From the IMG/VR virus record IMGVR_UViG_3300012984_000016, positions 1-64,000 of that record: 64,000 bases of DNA; one strand, 5' to 3'. Under the pieces are notes generated by a model. That model saw only the letters and a list, made by a program, of their open reading frames with translations, had not been told where the DNA came from and did no database searches. Source of the DNA: a virus. A program made the position numbers and the translations under genes. This document shows positions 37,122 through 47,510 of the stretch, one piece after another; positions within the stretch are counted from its first letter, which is position 1, and each line of letters begins with the position of its first letter.

Positions 37122-38143
37122 AGCGCAAGGGTCAGCGTCCGGGCATCGTCAAGGACCTCCTGACGTTCAAAGCGAACCTCGCTGTGGAGTTGAAGGACGA
37201 CCCCGGCGACCGCTATGCTCGGTGGTTGAACAACCCCGACAACGCCGGAGCCACCGGCACCATCGTCAACCACTACAAGTCGGGGCCCCTCGGTCTCCCG
37301 ATGGACGATGCCAAGCGCCTCATGGCCAAGTGGGCCCTGTCGCTGGAGGTCAGTGAGAACATCGCGGTCAGCCGCGACCTGTGCGACCTGATCGGCGCGG
37401 CGGGTGAGGACCTGCCGGACGACATGGTCACTCACCACCACCACCTGTTCGCAGAGCATGGGTTCGTGTGGATGGAGAAGCCGATCCAGGACGAGGTCGG
37501 CGAGCACCCCATCGTCGCGCTGTCATGGCACAACGGGATCGGCTGGAGCAACCGTACCGCTACCCGTGGCAACGGTGGAGGCATGCTGCCGGGGATCGAG
37601 ATCAACCTGTGGACGATGGCTGAGGACATCCCCGTCCTGCTCCCGGGCGGTGCCGACTTCCTTCCGTACGGCCTGCCTTCGTTCGGTTGGATCGTGGACG
37701 GAGAGCACCGCGTTCCCAACCCTGAGTGGGACATGGACCTGCCCGCCTCGTCGCTGTCCAGGGTGTCCCGCTTCGTCATCACTATGCAGGCGTTCCTGAG
37801 GGACGAGTTGCCTGCCGTTGCGCGGTTCCCGGCCCCGAGGTCTAGCGCTGCGCTGATGCGCCGCCTGGACTGGCCTGAGCCGTCTGTGACGGTCATCGAC
37901 CTCCGGAAGAGGGCCAAGCGACCGACCTTCGCCAACGACGCGGAGGAAGCCGCCTGGCACCTCCAGAACCGCCACATCGTGCGCGGCCACTGGGCCAAGC
38001 GACACGTCGGTCCCACGCACCCCTCGCACTCCGGCGACGGGGATCAGAAGGAGACCATCTACGTGTACATCAACCCGTACATCAAGGGACCCGAGGACGC
38101 GCCGTTCATCATGTCCGAGAAGGTCAACGCTCTACGGAGGTAG
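37118..38143 (+). CDS. hypothetical phage protein
   Basis: GTGA coupling; C-terminal HIVRGHW...INPYIKGPEDAP motif. Confidence 0.7.
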   Translation: MKRKGQRPGIVKDLLTFKANLAVELKDDPGDRYARWLNNPDNAGATGTIVNHYKSGPLGLPMDDAKRLMAKWALSLEVSENIAVSRDLCDLIGAAGEDLPDDMVTHHHHLFAEHGFVWMEKPIQDEVGEHPIVALSWHNGIGWSNRTATRGNGGGMLPGIEINLWTMAEDIPVLLPGGADFLPYGLPSFGWIVDGEHRVPNPEWDMDLPASSLSRVSRFVITMQAFLRDELPAVARFPAPRSSAALMRRLDWPEPSVTVIDLRKRAKRPTFANDAEEAAWHLQNRHIVRGHWAKRHVGPTHPSHSGDGDQKETIYVYINPYIKGPEDAPFIMSEKVNALRR

Positions 38144-38145
38144 TC

Positions 38146-38463
38146 ATGGACATCGGGACCCCGCACCCGCTGACCGCTGCACAGACCGGCACCTCGGCTC
38201 AGGTGATCGCCGAACGGTGGCGCATCCTGGAAGCGATGGACGAGGGCGAACGCATCCGCTTCGAGCCCAACAAGCGAGGCCACGTGTGGGTGAAGAACTT
38301 CCCACACCCGCTGTACCCGTGGTCTCAGTACGTCCCCGGCGACACTCCCGGATCGGGCGTGTACACCAAGGTCGGTGACATGTGGACCTCGGCACGCATC
38401 GTCGAGGAGTGCGACAACCGTCAACTCGTCAGTGCGATGGACATGCCCTTCTCGACCTGGTGA
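38146..38463 (+). CDS. hypothetical protein
   Basis: GGAGGT RBS. Confidence 0.6.
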   Translation: MDIGTPHPLTAAQTGTSAQVIAERWRILEAMDEGERIRFEPNKRGHVWVKNFPHPLYPWSQYVPGDTPGSGVYTKVGDMWTSARIVEECDNRQLVSAMDMPFSTW

Positions 38464-38468
38464 CAGCA

Positions 38469-38514
38469 GAGAGCCCGCTCCATGTTGCGCTGGCGAGGCG
38501 CGGAGCGGGCTCTC
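38469..38514. terminator. bidirectional terminator between convergent blocks
   Basis: GAGAGCCCGCTCC / GGAGCGGGCTCTC inverted repeat. Confidence 0.7.
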
Positions 38515-38575
38515 TCATGCTTGGGACCTCCAGGCGATGCTTAGTTTACCTCATCGCCGAAGGGTCACGCAGTAC

Positions 38576-39013
38576 TCAGAAGATCCAGAGGAGCAGCAGG
38601 ACGACGACGATGACGACGACGACCGTGCCGAGGATGCCGAGGTTGACCGCACCCTTGTCCTCGACGTACCACTCGTTCGGGGTCTCCGGGTCCTTGGGGT
38701 CAGGCACCACGATGACCTGGGTGTCGGACGGCTTGGTACCGACGACAACCTTGGTCTCCTCCTGCTGGTACACGGGAGTCCTGGCGAAGCCGAGAAGGAT
38801 GCCGAACCACGGGCCGACCTTGCGCTCGGCGATCTGAGCGATGAGGTAGTACACCGCCGTCAGCAGCGCGCCGACGAACAGGATCAGGCCGTTGGCGGCG
38901 TTCTCGTCGATGACGATGTTGAAGTGCGCGGCGAGGTACGCGAGGAGCACGCCCACCACTGCGGGGACCGTGGTGCGGATCTGAGCCACCACCGCGTCGT
39001 TGAACTGGTTCAT
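38576..39013 (-). CDS. putative holin
   Basis: IRTTVPAVVGVLLAYL..., 2 N-terminal TMs and a C-terminal TM; lysis cassette. Confidence 0.7.
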   Translation of the reverse strand: MNQFNDAVVAQIRTTVPAVVGVLLAYLAAHFNIVIDENAANGLILFVGALLTAVYYLIAQIAERKVGPWFGILLGFARTPVYQQEETKVVVGTKPSDTQVIVVPDPKDPETPNEWYVEDKGAVNLGILGTVVVVIVVVLLLLWIF

Positions 39014-39073
39014 GTGCCTCTCCTTCAGATGGGGTTCTGCGTCCCTGTGCGCCGTTTTGGCGGCCGAACAGGC

Positions 39074-39460
39074 TTAGGTTGAGCCCGGAGGCTCGGGAGA
39101 GTCCCCGGGGAGGACCTCGAGATCCTTGGGGACCGTTCCACCCTGGATCTTGATGGCTGCCCGCAGGCGTGCGGCAACAACGATGGCGTTGTTGACAATG
39201 TCACGCAGGCGCTCGTTCTCCGACAGCACCCGGGCGAGTTCCTCGCGGCAGTCTTGGAGCAGGGACTTCTGCCGCTTGATCTCTTCGTCCTGGTCCTCGA
39301 CGATCTGACGGTTGATCTCCTGGGCGCGCGTGTAGGCCCCGGCCTCGACCGAGTCCTCGTTCTGCTTGCGCGACTGGTACGCAGTGAAAACCACACCTGC
39401 CGTGACGACAACAGCCGACACGACAGACGCAGCCCACGGCGTCACATCCCCAGAACTCAT
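39074..39460 (-). CDS. membrane-anchored coiled-coil protein (lysis cassette)
   Basis: N-terminal TM followed by a long coiled coil. Confidence 0.65.
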   Translation of the reverse strand: MSSGDVTPWAASVVSAVVVTAGVVFTAYQSRKQNEDSVEAGAYTRAQEINRQIVEDQDEEIKRQKSLLQDCREELARVLSENERLRDIVNNAIVVAARLRAAIKIQGGTVPKDLEVLPGDSPEPPGST

Positions 39461-39867
39461 TAGCGTCCCTCAGCCTCCGGCCATCCTGCAACGATCGTGA
39501 GAAGAATCGCACTGAAGAACCACTGCAGCGCCGAAGTCCAGGCGCGGTCGACATCGAACGTGACCCATCCGAAGAAGTACACGCACGACCACCACAGCGA
39601 CATGCCCACCATCAGGGCGAAGCCCCAGGTGTCGCGGCCTGGGGGGATTCGAGCAGAGATGATGCCGCACACCCCCACAGCGACGAAGACCACGCCCCAG
39701 AAGACCAGCGGGGCCCACCCTTCGGCGAGTTGTAGAGCGGGCACCGACTTGGTGGGAGTGAGGATGTTGCCGATGCCGGTGACGATGTACATGATGCCGA
39801 GGAGCAGGAGTACGGTCCCGCGTCGGCCCAGACCCCGTGTAATCCAGTGACTCGCTGCCGTGATCAT
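39460..39867 (-). CDS. 4-TM membrane protein (holin-like)
   Basis: four hydrophobic segments from MITAASHW. Confidence 0.65.
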   Translation of the reverse strand: MITAASHWITRGLGRRGTVLLLLGIMYIVTGIGNILTPTKSVPALQLAEGWAPLVFWGVVFVAVGVCGIISARIPPGRDTWGFALMVGMSLWWSCVYFFGWVTFDVDRAWTSALQWFFSAILLTIVAGWPEAEGR

Positions 39868-40307
39868 GGTCGAGTTCCTCTCGCCAACGACTGAGCCGAA
39901 GCGAAGTGCGACCACGCTACAAAGCAGTAGATCGCCACAGCGGTGGGCGCAGGTGCTGGGGTATGTTGAGCGGAGGATTGGATCCAGGCGAACAAGAACA
40001 TGAACGCCCAGAACAGGTAGAACCCGCTGTTGAGAGCCAGCATGGTTCCGAGGAACATGCGCTTGGCGCGTGAGACCATCAGCCCTGTTCCGAGACAGAT
40101 GATCAGAATCCCCCAGTAGCGGATCGGCATCCAGTCCCTCGCGGCGTCGTATGCAGGTGACACGAACCGCGAGGGACTGAACAGTGCGTACGCGAGCCCG
40201 ATGGCCCACGACAGTGCGATCAGCCCGTTGATGTTCAACCACAGACCGACCGACACGATCTTGTCATTGTGTCGGTCGTTCTGCCACAGCGTTCTGAGAC
40301 TGAGCAC
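39864..40307 (-). CDS. 4-TM membrane protein (holin-like)
   Basis: four hydrophobic segments, directly after the endolysin. Confidence 0.65.
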   Translation of the reverse strand: MLSLRTLWQNDRHNDKIVSVGLWLNINGLIALSWAIGLAYALFSPSRFVSPAYDAARDWMPIRYWGILIICLGTGLMVSRAKRMFLGTMLALNSGFYLFWAFMFLFAWIQSSAQHTPAPAPTAVAIYCFVAWSHFASAQSLARGTRP

Positions 40308-40323
40308 TGGTGTGACCCTTCCG

Positions 40324-41280
40324 TCAGCCGTAGATCCAGGTCATCGGGTTACGGAGACTTCCCCCGTTGTTCCACCCGGGAACCAGGTCACGACGGTCGA
40401 CGTGGGCCACGCGGCCCGTGGATCGCATGTAGCCGATGCCGCCGAAGCGGTGCATGGCCGCGACCCGCTGGTGAGAGATCTCCTGCGGGGTGTCGCAAGC
40501 CGCGCCGATCCGGTGGAGCGAACCGCGTGCCCCGCCGATGCGCGCGTTGTACGAGTCGCACCGGTAGCCGGAGACCGGGACGAACCCGCCCACCGTCTTG
40601 CGGTACACCTCCAGGGAGGAGACCAGGGCGCGACCCACGTGCTTGCCGGAGCCCTTGACGCCCTCGCCAGCGATGCGACGGCACGAGCCGTACACGCCGC
40701 CGCACTTGCAGCGGAACTCGCTGAACGAGAAGTTGGTGCTGAGGGTGCCGCGACCGGCCTTGCGGTTGCGCTCGGACCACAGGAGGGCCTGAGCGGTGAG
40801 CGGGCCGACGAGGCCGTCCACCTTGAGCGCGGTGCCCAGGGCCCAGAAGCCCTGGAAGTCACGAACGGACTGCTTGTAGCGCGCCGCCGTGTTGGTGCGG
40901 AAGCCCAGCCGGTTGAGGATGGTCTTCGCCTGCGAGGCGTTGATGGCAGGCTTGACACCCTTCATCGGGCCGTCGCCGCGCGGCTCCTCAGCGGCCTCAG
41001 CCAGGAAGGACGCGATGTCCTCCAGGCCCTTGGCAGCCTCGGCCTCGTAGTCGATGTCGTCCGGGGCGTCGGCCTCGTGCTCACCGGCCACCTCGACATC
41101 GGCGGTCAGGTCGTCGACGGAGGTGTCCTCCGGCTCGTCCTCGGGCTCCGACGCGGTGCTGCCGTCCTCGTTGAGAACGACCTCAGGGTCGTCGAACTCG
41201 GGCAGGTCGAGCACCCGATCGTTGTCACCGTTGTCAGGTGCTTCGAGCACCTCGACCTCCGGCTCCGGGGTGTCACTCAT
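40324..41280 (-). CDS. endolysin: acidic N-terminus, PG-binding domain, peptidase M15-like domain
   Basis: VRDFQ...LKVDGLVGPLT; NFSFSEFRCKCG, SGYRC..N..IGGA..SLH..G.ACD, HVDRR. Confidence 0.88.
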   Translation of the reverse strand: MSDTPEPEVEVLEAPDNGDNDRVLDLPEFDDPEVVLNEDGSTASEPEDEPEDTSVDDLTADVEVAGEHEADAPDDIDYEAEAAKGLEDIASFLAEAAEEPRGDGPMKGVKPAINASQAKTILNRLGFRTNTAARYKQSVRDFQGFWALGTALKVDGLVGPLTAQALLWSERNRKAGRGTLSTNFSFSEFRCKCGGVYGSCRRIAGEGVKGSGKHVGRALVSSLEVYRKTVGGFVPVSGYRCDSYNARIGGARGSLHRIGAACDTPQEISHQRVAAMHRFGGIGYMRSTGRVAHVDRRDLVPGWNNGGSLRNPMTWIYG

Positions 41281-41340
41281 TTGGTACCTCCTGGGGGTTG
41301 TGGCCTTACCTCAAGCATGACTCACGCTTGGGTCAGAACG

Positions 41341-41631
41341 TCACTTCTTCTTAGCAGCAGCCGGTGCGTCGGGCTCAGCAACCAGTTCGAGACCGGGAGC
41401 CTCACCAGGAGCCTCAGGGGCCGGGACAACGACCGGGGGGACCGCAGCCACGCCCACACCGCCCAACTTCTCCTGCATGTCCTGGATGGTCTGCTGCTGC
41501 TGCTTGATGATGTCGTGCGCTTCTTCCATGTTCGCGTCGGCCTGTGCCTTGTCGATGATGAGTTGCGTTTCCAACTCACCGATCCGGGTCTTGAATCGCT
41601 CGACCAACGAGTTGATGTTCAGTTCAGCCAT
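41341..41631 (-). CDS. hypothetical coiled-coil protein
   Basis: AGGAG RBS, MAELNINSLVERFK. Confidence 0.65.
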   Translation of the reverse strand: MAELNINSLVERFKTRIGELETQLIIDKAQADANMEEAHDIIKQQQQTIQDMQEKLGGVGVAAVPPVVVPAPEAPGEAPGLELVAEPDAPAAAKKK

Positions 41632-41644
41632 GGTGCTCGGACTC

Positions 41645-42265
41645 CTAGGTCTCTGGCGTGGTGTCGGCGAGGAACCTCGCAATTTTCTCGTTCAGCATGA
41701 CGGCCTCACGAATCTCTCGTGAAGTCTCGTTGATGCTGGCCTTCATCGTGGCGTCCTCTGCAGTGATGCCACCCTGGCGGGTGAAGGCAGCGGCCTGGTG
41801 GAGGACCTGATTGGACAAGGTGGGATCGGTGTCAGCGCGAGCAGCAGCCGATGCCGCCTTCCTGAACTCGTACTCGTCAGAATTCGCCAGGTGGTTGTTG
41901 GCCACCTCTTCGGCGAACCCTTCGATGGACTGACCAGGAGCGAACGTGAGCGGCTCCCGGGTCGCGAGCCACTCGGCGTACAGCGCGTTGGCCTCGTCCA
42001 CCTCGAAGTCGTACGGGTGGATGTCGTCACCGACGATGCCTCCCGTGGGTCCTCCGACAGTCTCCTCGAACTCATGGAGGACGATCTCGAGGAGGATGGC
42101 AATCTCCTCGACATCGATCCCGTACTCCAGCGCACGCCACTCCAGGGTGCCGTAGGAGATCAGGTATTGGAACTCGAACCCGTCCTCATCCCGGACACAT
42201 GTGGCATGCCAGGCCAGAGGGTTTTCAACGTCATCGACCATTGAGGTCCAAGTGAAGGTTGTCAT
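41645..42265 (-). CDS. hypothetical acidic protein (tail-associated)
   Basis: TGATG coupling with the tail fibre gene. Confidence 0.65.
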   Translation of the reverse strand: MTTFTWTSMVDDVENPLAWHATCVRDEDGFEFQYLISYGTLEWRALEYGIDVEEIAILLEIVLHEFEETVGGPTGGIVGDDIHPYDFEVDEANALYAEWLATREPLTFAPGQSIEGFAEEVANNHLANSDEYEFRKAASAAARADTDPTLSNQVLHQAAAFTRQGGITAEDATMKASINETSREIREAVMLNEKIARFLADTTPET

Positions 42266-45200
42266 CAGATCTGCCACATCCAAATGATGCTGGTGGGAGA
42301 AGCGGAACCGGTGTCGATGTTCTTCACGCGATGCTGGATCTGGGTGGTGGAGGTGGCAGGTATCCCGCTGATCACATCCTGACCGGTACGGACCGAGCAC
42401 ACAGCCTTCGGGACGGCAGGGAGCGTCGGACCGTAGGTGTACAGCACTGCATTGCTAGCACCAGACGACAGGCTGGCGAAGTTGTACTCGAACCACAGGA
42501 ACAGAGAACGCTGACCGAAGGAGGAAGGCAGTTGGCCGTAGAAGTACATGATCGGCGAGGAGGCGTAGTACCCGATGTCCATCTGCTTGATGGCGTGGAG
42601 GTTGGTGTACTGGCTCTCGATCTGGATGAAGCCGCCGTTGTTGACGTTGCTCCGCTCCGTGGATGACATCCAGATCTGCGGCTGACCCGTGCCGGAAGTG
42701 TTGGTGCGAGCGGGCTCGATGAGCAGGTCGCCGACGCCCGTGGTGCCCGGGCCGGTGGTGCCGGAGATGTAGCCGTCCAACTGGGCCGCGTTGTAGCCAC
42801 GGAACCAGATGGTGTTGACGTACCCGCCTGTGCCGTCGATGAGCACTGCCGCACCAGACGCTGCGGTGCGGAGCATACCGCCTGTGATGACAGCACCGTC
42901 GATGCTGCCGCCAGTGATGTACGAAGCATCCATGCCGGAGGCTGTGATGGTGCCGCTCAACTGGACGTTACCGTACAGGTCGATGTCAAGGCCAGTGATG
43001 CCGCTGTAGTTGTTGTGAGCGTGGATGCCGTTGGCGTCAATAGTAGTGCCACCGTAAACACCGTCACCGACGAAGATGGAACCGGTAGCACCAACGGTGA
43101 TGGTGGCGGCGTTCAGGGTGCCGGTCTTGATTGCTCCGGCGCTGAGGGTGTTGGTGGTGATCCGGTCGCCCGACATCGTGCCGAACTTGATCACGCTGGC
43201 GTCGATGCCGGTGGCGATGATCTTGGCGGTGGTGACTGCACCGTCGGTGAGCATCAGGGACGTGGTGCGCAACTTCACCAGGCAGTCGTCGAAGTACACG
43301 ATGGTGCCCGCTGCGTTGCTGTTCAGCCCCAGGCCGACGCGCAGGTAGCCGACACCCGCAGGGACCGTGGCGTTCCAGTCGACGGACTGGTACGACGTGG
43401 TGGGAGCGAACCAGCCGACCATGCCTGCGTTGATGACCCCGGCGTCTCCCGGATTGAAGTTCGGAGTCGTGCCCCAGTAGGCGAAGATCGCAGCATAGCC
43501 GCTCGCCGCTGAAGCCTTGTGGTAGGTCGAGACTCGCCACTCTTGCCCAGGGGACACCGGGATGGCGTCGGAGTAGATGACCGGGTCGCCAGACGTGCCG
43601 CGAGTGATCTTCAGACAGTTGCCACCACCGTTGCCGTTGGTGGTGTCCAGTGCCCAGGCTCCACCAGTACCGAGGACGATCCAACCAGCAGAGGAGCCCC
43701 AGTTGGCAGGCTTAGTGGGGTCCGCTGCCTGTGCATCTTCGAAGGAGCCGTTAACCAGCGCGCTGTCGGACCAGTTGGCGATGGTCAACTTCTCAGTCGT
43801 GATGGACTTCGAAGCGATGCGACCGGCTGCCAGGGTGCCGGTGGTGATGACCGCCGCGTCCAGGGAGCCGATGATGCCCGACGCAGCGGTGATGGTGCCG
43901 GTGGCCATCTGCGTGGCGGTGATCGTACCCGCTACGATCTTGGCTGCCGTGATGCTGAGTGCAGCGATCTCGTTCGCAGTGACTGCACCAGCGGCGATCT
44001 TCGCAGTGGTGATGGCCCCGGCGATCAACTTCGGAGTCGTGATCGCGTTGTCAGCGATCTCAGTCACGGTGATCGTGTTCGGGAGGATCTCGTCGGGGCG
44101 CGGCGCGTAGGCCGTGACCATGTCGCCGAGTTCGGCCTGGATGTCCGTGACGTTGAACGTGGTGCCGATCGCCGGGTAGGACAGGGCTCCAGACCGGTTC
44201 GTGGTGAGGATCTGGACACCGACGCGGAAGGGGGAGGCGTGGCCGGTGTAGGTGTACACCAGACGGTCCCAGCCGCCCGTACAGGTGATCTCAGAGGCGT
44301 CCACGGTGGGTTCCGCCACCGAGGTGCCCGTACCCGGCGTGAGGCACCGCAGGCCGATCTTCAGGAGCAGTCCAGCCGTGCCCTTGACGTAGGCCGACAC
44401 CGTCACCTTGCTGGACCCCGGCACAGACTCGTTCAGCGGTGCGTAGGCGATGACGCCCTGAGGCACCGTGTTGCTGTTGGTGGTGACCAGGTACGAGTTG
44501 TTGGTCTGGCGACCGGTGGTAGTGTCGTACGTCACGACGCCACCGAAGTACGGAGAGTACGACAGCAGGCCAGCCTTGACGTTCGAGTTGACGACCATGT
44601 TGCCGCCACCGATGGCGACGTTCAGACCAGACGAGCCGACCAGTTGGGTCACCCATGCGCTACCCGACCAGCGGCTCGCACGGTTACCGTTGGCGGTGTC
44701 GTACCACATGTCACCGATGTGGAGGTTGTTCGTGGCAGCCGGAGCGGTGGACTGGTAGTACGTACTGACCGTACCGTTGTCCGTGAGGGCTTCGACCACC
44801 ACGAGGTCGACCTGACAGGTGCCGTCACCTGAGGCGTTGTTCAGGTACATGACCGGCGAGATGAACTTCGTGGAGGAGTGCATCTTGGCCGGGGTCTGGG
44901 CGCTGTTGCCCGTGGGGGTCGCAGTTCCGTTCGGCGAGCCCAGACCCTTGACGTAGGCGGTGAACGTGGTCCACACACCGGTAACCAGCGGGACTGCCGC
45001 CGCTGCGATGTAGTGCTGCGAGGAGATGGTGTTCGAGCCCGTGGCGTTGACGCGGGTGGTCTGGTCAGACCAGCCAGTGAGACCGAGGTACACGTTCTGC
45101 CGAGTACCGAGCGAGTCCGCGACCGTCTGGCGCACACGGAACTTGATCCGGTACAACGTCTCCGGGTCATAGGGGACCAGGTCCTTGCGGTCACCGATGA

Positions 45201-46464
45201 ACGAGTTCGTTGCACTGTGAACGGTGTTGCCGGACAGAGCGTCGGTGACCGTGACGTTGGTCAGGGTGCCAGAGGCGAAGTTCCACCGAGTCGCGTCCTG
45301 ACCCGTGTCGTACAACTTCTGGTTGAGAGAGCCGACGAGGTCAAGCCCGATGTCAGCGAAGGCCGTCTTCGTCATCGAGCCCGACACCTGAGTGGAAGGG
45401 GCTGCAGAGCCGTCCACGTCGCGGGCGATGACCTTGATGTAGTACACCGTGTCGTAGGACAGCGCAGTGGCCGACCCCGGCAGAGTCTTGAGAAGATACG
45501 ACGTGCCGTCGGTGACCGTGCCAACCAGGGTGGCACCGCTGGGAGTGAACCCGGAGGTGGTGGACAGGTGCACGTCGTAGGACACGATGTCAGTAGAGAC
45601 GACCTCGGCCCACTTGATGTAGATGGCACCGATCAGCGACGTGACCGTGACGCCACCTACAGCCGGAGGAGCAGACCCGTCTGAAGCGAAGGTTCCGACA
45701 GCGGTGGACACCGTCGGCGTCGAGGACACCGAGGCGTTCCCCGAGGAGTCGATCGCCCGCACCCGGAAGTACCACGTCGGACCTGCTGCCAGCCCGGTGA
45801 TCGAGGTGATGGTGGCGTTGACCCGCTCGGTGGTCACGCCCGAGGCGAACGTCGACGAGGTGGAGTAGTCGTACTCGTACAGACCCTTGCCGCCGACCAC
45901 GTCGGGCTCGGTGTTCTCGTTCCAACTCAGGGTGATGGAGCCGATGCCCTGCGTCACAGCCACACCCGTGGGTGCTGCCGGGATGGTGGTGTCCGTGGTG
46001 GTGGTGAAGTCCTGCCAGCCCGAGGACGGGAGCGGCGCAGACAGCCTGTTCACGTTGTTGAGGGAGAACACGATGACACCGTAGGTGGCCAGCGGGTCCA
46101 GGCCCTCCACCCGGAGCGTCGTGCTCTGCTGACGGTAAATCTTCGGAGGTTGGTACACACCCGAGATCTTCTTCGCCACGCGAATCTCGTACTGCGAGGC
46201 GGAAGCGTCAGCCGGAGCGGTCCAGGTGATGGTGGCCCACAGGTTGTTCAGGTACGCGCCCGTGGTGATGCCCATCCCTGTGGGCGGGGACACCGGGGCA
46301 GCCAGTACCTGGACCGCGCCAGTGCCGGAGTCGATGGTGACAGTGGTGAAGGTGGCGTTGGCAGGAGTAGAACCGATCACTGCAGGGTTGGAGATGGCCT
46401 GTTCGAGCAGAGCGATGCGTCGCCCTTGCTCGGCGATGTCGTCCATGAACGTCGTGGCAGGCAT
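42265..46464 (-). CDS. large minor tail protein / central fibre (FN3 and carbohydrate-binding-like domains)
   Basis: FN3-like segments (PTGV..ITLSW..YFRVRAID.SGN.S), IGDMWYDT, ITTAKI repeats, NGSFE CBM-like domain. Confidence 0.85.
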   Translation of the reverse strand: MPATTFMDDIAEQGRRIALLEQAISNPAVIGSTPANATFTTVTIDSGTGAVQVLAAPVSPPTGMGITTGAYLNNLWATITWTAPADASASQYEIRVAKKISGVYQPPKIYRQQSTTLRVEGLDPLATYGVIVFSLNNVNRLSAPLPSSGWQDFTTTTDTTIPAAPTGVAVTQGIGSITLSWNENTEPDVVGGKGLYEYDYSTSSTFASGVTTERVNATITSITGLAAGPTWYFRVRAIDSSGNASVSSTPTVSTAVGTFASDGSAPPAVGGVTVTSLIGAIYIKWAEVVSTDIVSYDVHLSTTSGFTPSGATLVGTVTDGTSYLLKTLPGSATALSYDTVYYIKVIARDVDGSAAPSTQVSGSMTKTAFADIGLDLVGSLNQKLYDTGQDATRWNFASGTLTNVTVTDALSGNTVHSATNSFIGDRKDLVPYDPETLYRIKFRVRQTVADSLGTRQNVYLGLTGWSDQTTRVNATGSNTISSQHYIAAAAVPLVTGVWTTFTAYVKGLGSPNGTATPTGNSAQTPAKMHSSTKFISPVMYLNNASGDGTCQVDLVVVEALTDNGTVSTYYQSTAPAATNNLHIGDMWYDTANGNRASRWSGSAWVTQLVGSSGLNVAIGGGNMVVNSNVKAGLLSYSPYFGGVVTYDTTTGRQTNNSYLVTTNSNTVPQGVIAYAPLNESVPGSSKVTVSAYVKGTAGLLLKIGLRCLTPGTGTSVAEPTVDASEITCTGGWDRLVYTYTGHASPFRVGVQILTTNRSGALSYPAIGTTFNVTDIQAELGDMVTAYAPRPDEILPNTITVTEIADNAITTPKLIAGAITTAKIAAGAVTANEIAALSITAAKIVAGTITATQMATGTITAASGIIGSLDAAVITTGTLAAGRIASKSITTEKLTIANWSDSALVNGSFEDAQAADPTKPANWGSSAGWIVLGTGGAWALDTTNGNGGGNCLKITRGTSGDPVIYSDAIPVSPGQEWRVSTYHKASAASGYAAIFAYWGTTPNFNPGDAGVINAGMVGWFAPTTSYQSVDWNATVPAGVGYLRVGLGLNSNAAGTIVYFDDCLVKLRTTSLMLTDGAVTTAKIIATGIDASVIKFGTMSGDRITTNTLSAGAIKTGTLNAATITVGATGSIFVGDGVYGGTTIDANGIHAHNNYSGITGLDIDLYGNVQLSGTITASGMDASYITGGSIDGAVITGGMLRTAASGAAVLIDGTGGYVNTIWFRGYNAAQLDGYISGTTGPGTTGVGDLLIEPARTNTSGTGQPQIWMSSTERSNVNNGGFIQIESQYTNLHAIKQMDIGYYASSPIMYFYGQLPSSFGQRSLFLWFEYNFASLSSGASNAVLYTYGPTLPAVPKAVCSVRTGQDVISGIPATSTTQIQHRVKNIDTGSASPTSIIWMWQI

Positions 46465-47510
46465 TACACGAACTCCAACTTCATGTTGCCGGGACCGGGC
46501 AGCCACTCCACGGCCTTGATCCGGTAGTTGCCCTCGAACTGGTCACGACCGTTGTGGATGCTCACAGGAAGAGTGTCCCCCGGCTGGACCACCCCGAGCA
46601 GAAGACGGTCGGGCACCTCGATTGCAGTAAGGGTCACGTCCTTCTTGACAGTGCCGCGCTCCGAGGTCTCCTTCTGAGCCCGCTGGAGCAGCATGTTCAC
46701 GTCGTTCTCACCGGAGATGGAGACGATGTCCTCCCACTGTCCGAACTCCGCGACCGATGCCGAGTTGGTGGCGTTGTTCTCGAACTTGATGTCACCGTTC
46801 GCGCCGCCCGTGGCGTACACCCGGTTGGCCATGTCCCCGGCATCCTCGGTGGTGCCGTAGTCCGTGACGTTGACACCGTACTCCATGAGGAGGTTCGAGC
46901 GGGTGGTGCCCCTGCGGGGGTAGTACATCTTGAACTGGCGGAGCCCGGTGCCGTCGAAGATGACATCGATGTCGAAGCCGGTGGGGTTGCCAGCCGCGTC
47001 GGCCACCGTCTGGAACTCCTGGAGGATCTCGAGCACGTTCTTGTGCTCGTCCCTCTTGTACTCTCGGGAGCGGATGACTCCAGACGGAGTGTAGGACCCC
47101 AGGACGATGCCCCAGTCCCGCGCCACCGGAGTCTGAGCCGCTTGCACCACGGCTCCGGCGATCTGCATCTGCTCGATTGAGGTGTACGTCTGCGTGGCGT
47201 TGAGGATGAACCGTGCGTTGAAGTACTCCAGCAGCCCGGGGCACTCGAAGTCCACCGTGCGCGGATTGTTCTTCGTGGAGCGGTGGAAGGCCCAGTGCAT
47301 GAGCGAGTTGTTCACCCACAGTTGCACCTCGTTCTTGTGCATCAGCGGGGCGACCACCTGCGGGTCGTTCTGGTTCATGGTGTACGAGATGGACCCAGGG
47401 TTGTTGAGTTCCCACCGGGCCTTCTTCAGTACAGCGTTCTTGAGGGTGTCAGCCTGTGACACTCCAGTCCGACTGACGACCTCAAGCCGGTACTCGATGG
47501 GCGTAGGCAT
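46464..47510 (-). CDS. minor tail protein (baseplate hub, Tal-like)
   Basis: follows Dit; ELNNPGSISYT, MEYGVNV, VQPGD motifs. Confidence 0.75.
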   Translation of the reverse strand: MPTPIEYRLEVVSRTGVSQADTLKNAVLKKARWELNNPGSISYTMNQNDPQVVAPLMHKNEVQLWVNNSLMHWAFHRSTKNNPRTVDFECPGLLEYFNARFILNATQTYTSIEQMQIAGAVVQAAQTPVARDWGIVLGSYTPSGVIRSREYKRDEHKNVLEILQEFQTVADAAGNPTGFDIDVIFDGTGLRQFKMYYPRRGTTRSNLLMEYGVNVTDYGTTEDAGDMANRVYATGGANGDIKFENNATNSASVAEFGQWEDIVSISGENDVNMLLQRAQKETSERGTVKKDVTLTAIEVPDRLLLGVVQPGDTLPVSIHNGRDQFEGNYRIKAVEWLPGPGNMKLEFV

